From: Patescibacteria group bacterium
Lineage (GTDB): Bacteria > Patescibacteriota > UBA1384 > XYA2-FULL-43-10
Length of the DNA stretch: 64,000 nt
Direction: 5' to 3'
Assembly (NCBI GenBank): GCA_041674405.1
Contig: JBAYVT010000003.1
Location: forward strand, 8,721 to 72,720
Within the stretch, counting starts at the first letter, position 1, and each line of letters begins with the position of its first letter. Positions 9,284-19,078 of this stretch are shown here, in pieces. A program made the translations under genes and the position numbers. The notes below the pieces were generated by a model that saw only the letters and a program-made list of their open reading frames with translations, was not told the origin of the DNA and made no database searches.

Positions 9284-11227
9284 CTATAGCATATCGATCG
9301 GATCTACGTCCCAGATGACGTATGGAAATTTATGATAAATTGCGGCCAATTTTTCACTGGGTAATTTTGATATTTTTATTATGGCATGAAGCCGACATCG
9401 GTTGTTTAATTTCTGAAAAAAACACATGCCGGGACCGATAAATTCTATGCCAGAAATCTCTAGCTCTTTCGTGATTTTTTCAATTTCAGATCGGGCTCTT
9501 TTTTCATTTCTGTCCTCGGAAACGATTCGAACAATGTGTGAAAATGGAGGATAATTTAGTTTTTTTCGATGATTGATTTCTTCAGAATAGAATTTTTTAT
9601 AGTCATGAGTTGCAGCATATTTAATCGCCCTTGACCCGGGCCAATAGGTTTGAATTATCGTCCGGCCGACATTATGGGTTCGGCCAGAACGGCCGGAAAC
9701 CTGAGTTATGACTCTAAAAGTCTTTTCACTCGAACGAAATTGCGGAAGATGCAGGCCAACATCAGCGGAAATTATTCCGACAAGGTCTATCCCCGGAATA
9801 TCAAATCCTTTCGAAAGCATCTGGGTTCCGATGACGATATCAATTTTGTGATCTTTCAGATCCCGATAAAGCTTCTTATGGTCTTTCTTGTTTTTAATTG
9901 TCGTTGAATCCACCCGAAAAATTCTGGCCCTGGGAAATAATTTGCATATTTCCGCCTCAATTCTTTCTACTCCTGAACCAAATGACTTTATCTTCGAGCT
10001 TTTACAATTTGGGCACTTAGACGGTGTTGAAATTGAATAATCACAATGATGGCAACGAAGATTTTCGTATTTTCCTGATCCGTAAGAAATCAGCGGGATA
10101 TCGCAGTTTGAACAATTTATCACCTCGCCACATTCACGACAGGAGGTAAATGTCGATTGACCGCGCCGGTTTAAAAACAGGAGAACTTGTTTTTTGTTTG
10201 AAAGGGTTTTTGCAATTTCTTTTTGCATCCTTTCTGAAATCGGTGAATAATTACCGGACCGCATTTCAGATTTCAAATCAACAACTTCTGCTACCGGCAT
10301 TATCAATTTTTGATATCGCGATTTAAGCTCAAAAAGATCATATATGCCAGAATCGGCCCTAAAGAATGATTCGACTCTTGGCGTAGCGCTTCCAAAAACT
10401 AAAAGAGCATTGGTTTTTTTTGCCAGAACCTCTGCGACCTCTCCAGTATGGTATCTTGGCGCATGGTCCTGCTTGTAAGCCTCCTCCTGCTCCTCATCAA
10501 CAATAATTAAACCGAGGTTTTTTGATGGAACCAAAAGCGCTGATCGTGGCCCGATAATAATTCCTTTTTTGCCTTCGTAAAAATTTTTATAACAATAATA
10601 TTTTTCCGAATCCGAAAGTCCTGAGTGCATGAGGCAAATATCGTCACCAAAAACTTCGGAAAATCTTTCAACCGTTTGCGGGGTTAAGATAATTTCTGGC
10701 ACTAAAACAATTATTTGTTTGCCTGATTTTCTAGCCTCCTCAGCCAGTTTAATATAAACTTCGGTTTTTCCCGAACCTGTTACACCATAGAGGAGCGCTG
10801 GTTTTTTATTCTTGTCAGCAAATTTTGCTTTCAATGATTCAAATATTTTCTTTTGTTCTTCTGAAAGTGTCTTTGTTTTGATATCGCAATTAACGTTTGT
10901 TTCTTCCATACGGGGCCGGCTAATCACAGGTGGCATAAATAATGAAATTGACTCACCCAAAGAACAAAGGTAGTAAGATGAAATCCATTTTGCAAGATCG
11001 ATATAGTGATTCGGCAATGAAAATTTTTCTTCAACCCTTTCGATGTCTTTGGTTTTATATGCTGGCTTCTCCTTATTCAAACCAATCACAACACCGCGAA
11101 TTTTCTTATCACCAAACGGAATATATACTATTGAGCCAATTTTAATTACAAAATCCTCTGGAATATTATAAGAGTAGAATTGTTTTTCTTTTGCAGTTCT
11201 AATTTCTGGTACAACTTGAGCAATCAT
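9284..11227 (-). CDS. priA: primosomal protein N' (replication restart helicase)
   Basis: It has the Walker A motif [11 protein letters not shown], and a C-terminal Cys cluster (CRECGEVINCSNCD ... CHHCD) forms a zinc-binding domain. Confidence 0.9.
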   Translation of the reverse strand: MIAQVVPEIRTAKEKQFYSYNIPEDFVIKIGSIVYIPFGDKKIRGVVIGLNKEKPAYKTKDIERVEEKFSLPNHYIDLAKWISSYYLCSLGESISLFMPPVISRPRMEETNVNCDIKTKTLSEEQKKIFESLKAKFADKNKKPALLYGVTGSGKTEVYIKLAEEARKSGKQIIVLVPEIILTPQTVERFSEVFGDDICLMHSGLSDSEKYYCYKNFYEGKKGIIIGPRSALLVPSKNLGLIIVDEEQEEAYKQDHAPRYHTGEVAEVLAKKTNALLVFGSATPRVESFFRADSGIYDLFELKSRYQKLIMPVAEVVDLKSEMRSGNYSPISERMQKEIAKTLSNKKQVLLFLNRRGQSTFTSCRECGEVINCSNCDIPLISYGSGKYENLRCHHCDYSISTPSKCPNCKSSKIKSFGSGVERIEAEICKLFPRARIFRVDSTTIKNKKDHKKLYRDLKDHKIDIVIGTQMLSKGFDIPGIDLVGIISADVGLHLPQFRSSEKTFRVITQVSGRSGRTHNVGRTIIQTYWPGSRAIKYAATHDYKKFYSEEINHRKKLNYPPFSHIVRIVSEDRNEKRARSEIEKITKELEISGIEFIGPGMCFFQKLNNRCRLHAIIKISKLPSEKLAAIYHKFPYVIWDVDPIDML

Positions 11228-12027
11228 TCGGATACCTGAAAGTCTACTACCAGATAACCAACACCAAAAGGATGCTCATACGATAAGACCTCTGGTTCAA
11301 TTTTTTTCTGAGCAATAGCGCCCAGCGCAATTAAAAGCGATCGATAACCACACTCTCCTGCAGCCTCCTGCATATCTTCGTCTGCATAGATAATTTTTTC
11401 CGGATCGAATTTTTGCAGGCTATTTCTAACAAGATTGTCAAATTTTTCCGGAGCACCATCGATCCCGCCAAAATTGTTTTGATGTTTGTGGGATAAATCG
11501 CCGGAAGCAATAATTGCGATGCGCCTCTCATCTTTTTCGCAAATTTTACCGATTATTTCCCCAAACGAATAATGGGCCGCGCGATCGAGCATCGAATATC
11601 CAATCGTTACAATTTCAATTTTTGCTGAATCTTTGGTTAAAAAGTAAAGCGGAACCATAACCCCATGGTCTAAAACATAGTAACCATCATCGTGATTTTG
11701 TGTTTCAGCCGGCACTTTTTCTTTTCTTGCACCATTAAGAATATTATTTGAAAGCTCAATATTGCCGGGAAATGACATCGAGATTTCTGGGGCATTAAAT
11801 TCTCCAAAATTACCGGAAAACCTGGGAGCCATTCCAATAGTCATCGCGTATGGATTTAAATTCCCATGAGGTGAAATGATTAGAACTGAATCAATATCAT
11901 TTTCTTCAAACCTTTTTGAGAGCTCTAACATCGCTTCTTCAGTTGGCTTAACTTCTTTTAGACTTTCTTTGCCAATTTCCGGAATAAGGAGTGGTGGGTG
12001 AGGAACAAAAGCAGCGAAAACAATCAT
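11224..12027 (-). CDS. class III extradiol dioxygenase family protein (LigB/DODA-like, resembling AmmeMemoRadiSam system protein B)
   Basis: The motifs IISPHGN, DHGVMVPL and ASGDLSHK are typical of the LigB superfamily. Confidence 0.5.
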   Translation of the reverse strand: MIVFAAFVPHPPLLIPEIGKESLKEVKPTEEAMLELSKRFEENDIDSVLIISPHGNLNPYAMTIGMAPRFSGNFGEFNAPEISMSFPGNIELSNNILNGARKEKVPAETQNHDDGYYVLDHGVMVPLYFLTKDSAKIEIVTIGYSMLDRAAHYSFGEIIGKICEKDERRIAIIASGDLSHKHQNNFGGIDGAPEKFDNLVRNSLQKFDPEKIIYADEDMQEAAGECGYRSLLIALGAIAQKKIEPEVLSYEHPFGVGYLVVDFQVSE

Positions 12028-12102
12028 TTGTCATCCTTTCGGGATTGAATAAAATCCCGATATGTGCTATTATTTGTTGATTCAATCATTCATAATAATC
12101 AT

Positions 12103-13413
12103 ATGCGCAAAGAAGCCATTATTGCAATAATCGGACGACCAAATGTCGGCAAATCAACGCTTTTCAACCGCCTGATCGGGAAGAGAAAAGCAATTGAAAC
12201 GCCTACCCCTGGCACAACAATCGATCGCCTATACGGAGATCTTTCTTGGCAAGGTAATAAGTATATACTGATCGATACTGCCGGAATTGCGGCAGCAGGA
12301 AAAGATGAACTAATAAATGCTGCTCTGATCGGAGTCGATCTTGCTCTCGAAGAAGCTGATTTAATAATATTTGTTGTCGATTCGACCACCGGCATAGATC
12401 CAAAAGATATTGAAATTGCCCGAAGATTGAGAAAAGCCAAAAAACCTGTGGTTTTGGCAGTGAACAAAGCCGACAATGTCGAGAGAAGTGAAAAAGCATT
12501 GGATTTTCGTCGTCTCGGTTTTCCTGATCTTGTACCAGTTTCAGCAATCTCCGGAAAAGGATCAGGCGACCTACTTGAGACAATTTCAGATCTTATTCCC
12601 AAAAATGCAAAAAAAACTGAAGGAAATAAAAAATCTGATTTCAGCCTGGCAATTATTGGTCGGCCAAACTGCGGTAAATCAACACTTCTAAATGCAATTG
12701 CCGAATCTCCAAAAATGATTGTTTCCAATATCGCCGGCACAACCCGCGATGCTGAAGAACATATTGTCAATTACAAAAGCAAGAAAATTAAACTCACAGA
12801 TACGGCAGGAATCAGAAGGAAGAGTAAAATTCCCTACGATTCAATAGAAAGTTACGCACTCCTACGTTCTCTTCGTGCGGTCAAAGAAAGCGACGTCGTG
12901 GTTTATATGATCGATGCGATAGAAGGAATGGCATCAATAGATCAGAATATCCTGGGTGAGGCCAAAGAGCTTGGCAAATCGATTGTTGTTGCCGTAAATA
13001 AAATTGATCAATGGAAAAACCCCGAAGAAGAGATGGCAAGATTCCTCGGCGCCCTGACAAATTCACTCAATTTTATGCCCTGGGTGCCGGTAGTTTTTAT
13101 CTCAGCCAAGGAAGAAACTCATATCAGAGAGATGATGAATCAAGCAATCAAAGCTTTTGAGAGCCGATTTATTGAAGCTGATAATGAAACTCTAAAAGAA
13201 ATTCTAGAAAATGGAAAAGCGACTCATCCCGAGCTTTCATACATAAAGGAACTATATTTCGAGCGAACCAACCCTCCGGTTTTCAAAGCAAAAATTTGGA
13301 AAAAAGAAAAACTTCACTTCTCGCACAAGAGATTTCTTGAAAACCGCATCCGTGATTCTTACGGATACGAAGGCTCGCCAATCTTTATTGACTGGATCAA
13401 GATCAAAAAATAG
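12103..13413 (+). CDS. der: ribosome biogenesis GTPase Der (EngA)
   Basis: It has two GTPase domains (GRPNVGKST and GRPNCGKST) and a KH-like C-terminal domain. The start is probably at MRKEAIIAIIG. Confidence 0.9.
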   Translation: MRKEAIIAIIGRPNVGKSTLFNRLIGKRKAIETPTPGTTIDRLYGDLSWQGNKYILIDTAGIAAAGKDELINAALIGVDLALEEADLIIFVVDSTTGIDPKDIEIARRLRKAKKPVVLAVNKADNVERSEKALDFRRLGFPDLVPVSAISGKGSGDLLETISDLIPKNAKKTEGNKKSDFSLAIIGRPNCGKSTLLNAIAESPKMIVSNIAGTTRDAEEHIVNYKSKKIKLTDTAGIRRKSKIPYDSIESYALLRSLRAVKESDVVVYMIDAIEGMASIDQNILGEAKELGKSIVVAVNKIDQWKNPEEEMARFLGALTNSLNFMPWVPVVFISAKEETHIREMMNQAIKAFESRFIEADNETLKEILENGKATHPELSYIKELYFERTNPPVFKAKIWKKEKLHFSHKRFLENRIRDSYGYEGSPIFIDWIKIKK

Positions 13414-13414
13414 C

Positions 13415-14047
13415 TTAATTTGCGACGTAAGAGATTCTATGCTCTATCCCAAAACGGTCAAGCGGTTTGATAATGAGCCAAGCACGACCGATGATATTTG
13501 TTTTGGGCAAAACCCCCCATTCACGCGAGTCAGATGAATGTTCTCTGTTGTCGCCCATGACGAAATATTCTTTATCTCTTAAAGTGATCGAGTAAATTTT
13601 TTCTCCGGTTATTGTTTGTGTTCCGGATGGCAAATAAGCCGATTCGTCCAACATAAAGCCGTTTGGATGGTCATTATTAATAATTTTAATAGTATTGTTT
13701 TCTATTGTAACCGTTTCACCAGGAAGTCCGATAACCCGTTTGATAAAATTGACTGAAGGGTTTTTGGGATATTTAAAAATCACTACATCCCCACGATTTG
13801 GCTGATATAAGGAATAAGTCAGCTTTTCAGCAAGTAAATACTCTGTATCGATAAAATTTGGCATCATTGAGCTACCCTCAACCACAAAAGGCTGGATCAA
13901 AAAATACCGAATTGCGAAAGCAATAACAAATACAACAATTCCGGTTTTAAGAAGATCCCATAGAAAATATAAAAAATCCCTTGCTGGCTGATTTTCTATT
14001 GGCATGTTATTTAGCTCTTCACCATTTTGTTCGAATTTCTTTTCCAC
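13415..14047 (-). CDS. lepB: signal peptidase I
   Basis: The catalytic-Ser region VEGSSMMPNF, the KRVIGLPGE box and GDNREHSSDSREWG are present. Confidence 0.85.
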   Translation of the reverse strand: MEKKFEQNGEELNNMPIENQPARDFLYFLWDLLKTGIVVFVIAFAIRYFLIQPFVVEGSSMMPNFIDTEYLLAEKLTYSLYQPNRGDVVIFKYPKNPSVNFIKRVIGLPGETVTIENNTIKIINNDHPNGFMLDESAYLPSGTQTITGEKIYSITLRDKEYFVMGDNREHSSDSREWGVLPKTNIIGRAWLIIKPLDRFGIEHRISYVAN

Positions 14048-14114
14048 TGATTTCCTTCACACTTAATTCATTCCTAACCATTTTATCTTTTATTGACATC
14101 ATTGGTCAACCTTA

Positions 14115-14900
14115 ATGTATAATGATGGTGGGCGACAAAAATCGTTTTTTTGTTATATGATAGGAATTTCACTTTTTAAAATTGGTTCGGCAACCATTTA
14201 TACTTACGGGGCATTCCTAGTAATAGGGGTTCTTCTTTCGTGCCTAGCGATGTTTTTCATGGCTCGCTCCTCCGGTAAGCAAGCTGCATATTTATTGGAT
14301 TATATAGTATATACGGCATTATTTGGGATTATCGGAGCCAGAATTTCATTTTATATAATATACCATTCACAATTTTCAAGCTTTGTAGATATCTTCAAAA
14401 TCTGGCAAGGCGGTTTAATCTCATATGGCGGCTTCATTCTCGGCATTATTGCTTTTATCCTAATCGTAAGAAGTACCAAAGAAAAAATTCTCCCTTGGCT
14501 TGATATTTTGATTGTGTCGGCACTTTTAGGCTTGGCAGTTGGAAGATTTGGATCATTTCTATCCGGTGAGCTAGCAGGAATTGCCGCAACAGGATCGTTT
14601 GCGATTAATGGCTTATATCCGGTCACTTTATTTGAAGCAATATGGAATCTGATCATTTTTGCATTTTTCTTTATTTTCTTCATGCTGGGCAACTCAAGAA
14701 TAAAGAGCGGGGTTATTGCCGCTCAAGCTCTTGCCATGTATTCATTGGGCAGATTTTTTATTGAATTCTATAGGGCTGAGGATAAGATTTTTATTGGATT
14801 ATCCATAAGCCAGATAATATTAATTGTAATTTTTGCATTTGCTTGTATCTTATTTATTAAACAAATTAGTTTCAGGAAAAAAGGAGCCAGGAATGCTTGA
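14115..14900 (+). CDS. lgt: prolipoprotein diacylglyceryl transferase
   Basis: It is a multi-TM protein with the Lgt signature WQGGLISYGG and a GRFGSF motif. Confidence 0.85.
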   Translation: MYNDGGRQKSFFCYMIGISLFKIGSATIYTYGAFLVIGVLLSCLAMFFMARSSGKQAAYLLDYIVYTALFGIIGARISFYIIYHSQFSSFVDIFKIWQGGLISYGGFILGIIAFILIVRSTKEKILPWLDILIVSALLGLAVGRFGSFLSGELAGIAATGSFAINGLYPVTLFEAIWNLIIFAFFFIFFMLGNSRIKSGVIAAQALAMYSLGRFFIEFYRAEDKIFIGLSISQIILIVIFAFACILFIKQISFRKKGARNA

Positions 14901-15225
14901 AAAAAACTTTTTGGAGCAACAAAAGAAATCCCTTCTTGCCGAGAAGGAAAGGCTTGAAACAAAAATAAAAGAACTGAACAAATTTCCGGAATATGGCGAG
15001 AGTGAGGATGACAATGCAATGGAAATGGCGGATTTTGAAAGTAATTTATCAATAGAAGAGCAATTAAAATTTTTATTGAAAAAAATAAATGATGCACTTA
15101 AAGCGATTGATGACAGCACTTATGGCACTTGCAAAAGCTGTGGCGAAGCAATAGAAGAGGGCCGGCTTGAGGCAATGCCGTATGCCGAGCTGTGTGTGAA
15201 ATGTTACAAAGATTCAAAAAAATAA
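14893..15225 (+). CDS. DksA/TraR-family C4-type zinc-finger protein
   Basis: A coiled-coil N-terminus is followed by a CKSCGEAI...CVKC zinc finger. GGAG lies upstream of ATG 14893, so the track's N-terminal extension is probably spurious. Confidence 0.7.
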   Translation: MLEKNFLEQQKKSLLAEKERLETKIKELNKFPEYGESEDDNAMEMADFESNLSIEEQLKFLLKKINDALKAIDDSTYGTCKSCGEAIEEGRLEAMPYAELCVKCYKDSKK

Positions 15226-15608
15226 TCCCATATCTGATAGTTGCTGTAGAAATAGTCTGCTTTTTCTTGGCAGACTATTTTGCAATCTGGCATGCAGATT
15301 TTTTACTCAATAAGAATTTTATTTTTGGCAGTTTTACCGGATTACTTGTGCTTAATATTGCAATAATTATCTTGATTCTCTTTGCTTTTATTCTCATTCG
15401 TCGGTATCAATTCGGAATTGGCTTAATTCTCGCCGGCAGTATTTCCAACCTACTCGATCGTATATTCTACGGCGGCGTGATCGATTATTTCCGCCTGCCA
15501 TTTCGGTTCCCCGCTTTTAATCTCTCTGACATATCGATCTGCTTCGGGGCATTCTTGATAATTCTGACAATCCTGTTTGGAAATAAACTTACAAACAAGA
15601 CTTCTTAG
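15192..15608 (+). CDS. lspA: lipoprotein signal peptidase II
   Basis: The LspA motifs GSISNLLDRIFYGGVIDY and FPAFNLSD are present in a 4-TM topology. Confidence 0.8.
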   Translation: MCEMLQRFKKIIPYLIVAVEIVCFFLADYFAIWHADFLLNKNFIFGSFTGLLVLNIAIIILILFAFILIRRYQFGIGLILAGSISNLLDRIFYGGVIDYFRLPFRFPAFNLSDISICFGAFLIILTILFGNKLTNKTS

Positions 15609-16893
15609 ATTTCAAAAAAGCTTTTGCTCCAATATCAGTACGGAATTGCATTCCCTCAAATTTTATTTGATCAACCGCCTGGTAAACGCTATCCAGAGCT
15701 TGTTTTAGAGTTTTTCCGGTTGCTGTCACACCAAGTACTCTTCCGCCAGAGGTGCATATACCACCATCTTTGATTTTCGTTCCGGAATGAAATACAACAA
15801 CATTCGGAATTTTTTCCGCTCCATCAATGCCAACGATCGGAATCTCTTTTGACTTACTAGCCGGGTAACCTTTGGAGGCAATTATTATGCAGGCTGCGAA
15901 GCCCAATTTCCACTTCACATCCAGATCTTTTAATTTGCCATCGATACAAGCCTCAATAATTTCGATCAAATCAGAGTCGAGCAGCCGCATGTATGATTGG
16001 GTTTCTGGATCGCCAAATCTGGCATTAAACTCGAGAACTTTCGGTCCGTCTTTCGTCAATTTCAACCCGGGATACAAGCAACCGGCATATTCAATATTTT
16101 TCTTTTTGAGCCCTACTAAAACTGGCTTAATCACTTTGTTTTCTGCCCATTTAAGATAATCCTTTCCTGCCCAAGGCACAGGAGCATAAGTTCCCATTCC
16201 GCCAGTATTCGGACCTATATCGCCATCGAAAATTTGTTTGTGGTCTTGTGAGGTTGGGAAAATAACTGAAGTTTTTCCATCGGTTATGCAATGGATAGAA
16301 AGTTCCTGGTCCGATCCCAAATATTCTTCGATAACAACCGAATCTCCGGAGGCGCCAAAAGCTTTCTCAACCATTATTTTTTTAAGAGCAGCTTTTGCCT
16401 CTTCTAGACTATTGCAGATTGAAACGCCCTTACCCAAAGCCAAGCCGTTTGCTTTAATAACAATCGGCATATTTTGTAATTTAATATAAGACAAAGCTTT
16501 CTCAAAATTATTAAAAGTCCTAAATTTAGCGGTGGGAACAGAAGCAGCCTTCATCAAGTTTTTCGAAAAGATTTTTGAAGACTCAATCCGCGCGGCTTTT
16601 TTGCTAGGGCCAAAGATTCTCAATCCGGCCTTCTGAAATGAGTCGACTATTCCTAGGGCGAGCGGATCGTCGGGACCAACAATCGTAAGGCCAATTTGAT
16701 TACTTTTTGCAAAATTGATCAATGCCTTAAAGTCTGTCGACTTAATATCAATATTTGATGCCAGCTTAGCTGTTCCGCCGTTTCCGGGTGCGACAAAAAT
16801 TTTTGCGACTCTGGGGGATTGGGCAATTTTCCAAACCAGTGCATGTTCTCTTCCGCCACCACCGATAACCAATATATTAATCTTCTTCTTCAT
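15589..16893 (-). CDS. purD: phosphoribosylamine--glycine ligase
   Basis: The N-terminus ILVIGGGGREHALVWK and ATP-grasp motifs are present. The start is probably MKKKINIL. Confidence 0.9.
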   Translation of the reverse strand: MKKKINILVIGGGGREHALVWKIAQSPRVAKIFVAPGNGGTAKLASNIDIKSTDFKALINFAKSNQIGLTIVGPDDPLALGIVDSFQKAGLRIFGPSKKAARIESSKIFSKNLMKAASVPTAKFRTFNNFEKALSYIKLQNMPIVIKANGLALGKGVSICNSLEEAKAALKKIMVEKAFGASGDSVVIEEYLGSDQELSIHCITDGKTSVIFPTSQDHKQIFDGDIGPNTGGMGTYAPVPWAGKDYLKWAENKVIKPVLVGLKKKNIEYAGCLYPGLKLTKDGPKVLEFNARFGDPETQSYMRLLDSDLIEIIEACIDGKLKDLDVKWKLGFAACIIIASKGYPASKSKEIPIVGIDGAEKIPNVVVFHSGTKIKDGGICTSGGRVLGVTATGKTLKQALDSVYQAVDQIKFEGMQFRTDIGAKAFLKSKKSCL

Positions 16894-16923
16894 AACTCTA
16901 TTATAGTGGTAAATTTGAGAATC

Positions 16924-16956
16924 AAAAAACCGCCTCATAGATCTCGGCGGTTTTTT
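16924..16956. terminator. bidirectional rho-independent terminator (rplT / purD)
   Basis: The hairpin aaaaaaccgcc...ggcggtttttt has T/A runs on both sides. Confidence 0.6.
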
Positions 16957-16977
16957 GCAAATATCTGAAATTGGTTC

Positions 16978-17319
16978 TTATTTTACTTCGGCGACCAGCT
17001 TTTCCATTACTTCAGGATTGTTTTTGGCAAGGTCAGCAAGGATTTTGCGGTTTAGATCTATCTTTTTCTCGGCAAGTTTGTGTATGAACTCGGAATAGGA
17101 AATCCCCTTGTCTGAAAGAAATGCATTGATTCGGACGATCCAAAGTGAGCGGAATTCTCTCTTTTTCACTCGTCTGTCACGATATGAATACTTACCAGCC
17201 TTAAGGACTGCTTGCTTGGCAAGCTTAAAAACGGACTTTCTTCGTCCAGTATATCCTTTTGCCGCTTTGATAATTTTTTTGTGTTTGGCATGTCTTACCG
17301 TGCCACGTTTTACTCTCAT
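16978..17319 (-). CDS. rplT: 50S ribosomal protein L20
   Basis: MRVKRGTVRHAKHKKIIKAAKGY is a canonical L20 N-terminus. Confidence 0.95.
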   Translation of the reverse strand: MRVKRGTVRHAKHKKIIKAAKGYTGRRKSVFKLAKQAVLKAGKYSYRDRRVKKREFRSLWIVRINAFLSDKGISYSEFIHKLAEKKIDLNRKILADLAKNNPEVMEKLVAEVK

Positions 17320-17328
17320 TGTTCTCCT

Positions 17329-17514
17329 TTATAGGTATGGGGCAAGTTTTTTAACTTTCTTGATATCTGCAGTTGTAACTCTTTGCGGCACCTTCTTGCG
17401 ATCAGATTTATGGGTAAGGAGGTGGGAAACCGCAGCTTTGTCTCGCATCAAAATACCAGATCCGGTTTTTCGGACTCGTTTTACTGTTGCTTTGTGAGTT
17501 TTAAGTTTTGGCAT
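17329..17514 (-). CDS. rpmI: 50S ribosomal protein L35
   Basis: MPKLKTHKATVKRVRKTGSG is the canonical L35 sequence, and the gene lies in the infC-rpmI-rplT order. Confidence 0.9.
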   Translation of the reverse strand: MPKLKTHKATVKRVRKTGSGILMRDKAAVSHLLTHKSDRKKVPQRVTTADIKKVKKLAPYL

Positions 17515-17516
17515 GT

Positions 17517-18098
17517 CTAATCCTCTTTTTCCGATTCGTTTGATTCTTCTCTAATTCCCTTAACCATCGCATTTAGCATATTTCCTAGTTTACCAGGCCT
17601 AGATTCGTAAATAAGGCCAGAAGCTTGTGAAAATCTATCAAATACATTAATCGCATTTCCTACAAAGGCATTCTCCCTGCCACGGAGACGCATTGAAACT
17701 TTGATTTTGAATCCTTTGTCGAAAAGTTCCCTTGCCTGTTTTGCTTTGTATTCAATATCATGGTCACCGATATTGGCAGTAAGGCGTATCTCTTTTAGGC
17801 CGGTTTCTTTTTGTTTGGCTTTGTTTTCTTTGTCTTTTTTAGCCAATTCGTATTTATAGCGGCCAAAATCCATAATTTTGCATACAGGCGGGCGAGAAGT
17901 AGAATTTATCTCCACAAGATCAAGCCCTTTTTCCTTGGCAAGGCTAATAGCCTCGGCGTTGGATATTTCCCCGAGCTTGTTTCCTTCTTCGTCTATGACA
18001 AGAAGCGGTGAGAACCGGATATTTTCATTGATCCGGATAAATCTGTTCTTGCTAATTCTGAACTCCTTTTTTCCTTTTTGCAGCCCTAAGAATAACAA
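17517..18098 (-). CDS. infC: translation initiation factor IF-3
   Basis: RINENIRFSPLLVIDEEGNKLGEISNAEAISLAKEKGLDLVEI is characteristic of IF-3. The true start is probably a non-AUG codon downstream of the track start. Confidence 0.85.
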   Translation of the reverse strand: MLFLGLQKGKKEFRISKNRFIRINENIRFSPLLVIDEEGNKLGEISNAEAISLAKEKGLDLVEINSTSRPPVCKIMDFGRYKYELAKKDKENKAKQKETGLKEIRLTANIGDHDIEYKAKQARELFDKGFKIKVSMRLRGRENAFVGNAINVFDRFSQASGLIYESRPGKLGNMLNAMVKGIREESNESEKED

Positions 18099-18222
18099 AA
18101 AGTTGGCGAAAAGTCAACAAACAATTAATAGAAAAAAGAGATGTGAAAAAAGAGATGTGAAAAACTAGGAAACTGGCTTTGAAAATCCAGATTTCTCAGT
18201 GCAAATTTTTCGATACCCAAGT

Positions 18223-18990
18223 TCAATCTTCAATATGCTTACCAACAATTAACCTCAATTTTTCATCCGTACTTTCGATATATTGTGGAGTTTTTGATAT
18301 TACTGACCCTCCCGATGTTATAAATACCGACTTATTGGTAAAAATTCTCATCGATCTTGCGCGAAAGGTGCTAATATTTTTTTCAAGTATTTTATTCAAT
18401 GTAAACAAACCTGATATTTTTTCCAGAATACCATTTTCATGTTGAATATCAGATTGGATTGTTACGTCCAAATATTCCGGTTTCGGTTTTTTCACATTGG
18501 GTTCAATATTTGAAATCGTCATTTTGCTGACTTTTGCCTGAACTAGATAACCCTTGAATTCGATCGTAATTTCCGTGGATTTCTTAAGTTCGAGCTCGGC
18601 AGATGTAATAAAATGCCTTCTGTTTCCAGTCATGCCAAGATTAATCTCTTTGATTCTGCGAAATCTTAGAACATCGATAGCATCTCTTGGATTTCTAACC
18701 CCGATAACATTTTCGATTTCGGCCGATGCCTCGAGTGGAATTATTCCCATGGCTTCTGGTTTACCAACCATTTTGTCAGCTACTTGATTTATAATATCAT
18801 CAGAACCAACCGCGACGATTGTTGAATATTTTTTTCGCAGTCCAATCTCAGCAAGCTCTGAAGCTGATTGCACACCAGTTACATAAGTGAATTCACCAGA
18901 AATACCAATATGGGCAAGCTGGTCCTTGATTGCTTCAACCTGAGTTTTCTTCTTACATTTTTTCGGATCAAAAATATAGTAGTACATCAA
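18223..18990 (-). CDS. diacylglycerol-kinase-catalytic-domain (DAGK_cat/YegS-like) lipid kinase homolog with a degenerate Gly motif
   Basis: TIVAVGSDDIINQV resembles the DAGK_cat GGDGT motif but reads GSDD. The ORF starts TTG-ATG. Confidence 0.4.
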   Translation of the reverse strand: MMYYYIFDPKKCKKKTQVEAIKDQLAHIGISGEFTYVTGVQSASELAEIGLRKKYSTIVAVGSDDIINQVADKMVGKPEAMGIIPLEASAEIENVIGVRNPRDAIDVLRFRRIKEINLGMTGNRRHFITSAELELKKSTEITIEFKGYLVQAKVSKMTISNIEPNVKKPKPEYLDVTIQSDIQHENGILEKISGLFTLNKILEKNISTFRARSMRIFTNKSVFITSGGSVISKTPQYIESTDEKLRLIVGKHIED

Positions 18991-18996
18991 TATATC

Positions 18997-19078
18997 TAAA
19001 AACTAATATCTAATAACTAAAACCGCAGGAAATATTCTTGAATGACCTAGCAACTAGTCACTAGAAACTAGAAACTAC
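18997..19078. repeat. 7-bp-periodic CTA/CTAG direct-repeat tracts (aaaaCTA atatCTA ataaCTA; CTAGcaa CTAGtca CTAGaaa CTAGaaa)
   Basis: The heptad periodicity is visible by eye. The first tract is almost identical to the nrdG leader at 55542. The second overlaps the bactofilin stop codon. Confidence 0.55.

Noticed and set aside
12099-12770. The 223-aa minus-strand ORF antisense to der, and similar long antisense ORFs (38331..39113 in ftsH, 1804..2280 in rplY, 14351..14692, 19106..19423).
   Set aside because: They lie wholly inside well-supported genes on the opposite strand. Their composition is low-complexity and they show no motifs or RBS. They are shadow ORFs.
17517-18098. The missing ATG start for infC as a possible pseudogene.
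   Set aside because: IF-3 genes characteristically initiate at AUU/AUA for autoregulation. The conserved IF-3 core is intact.
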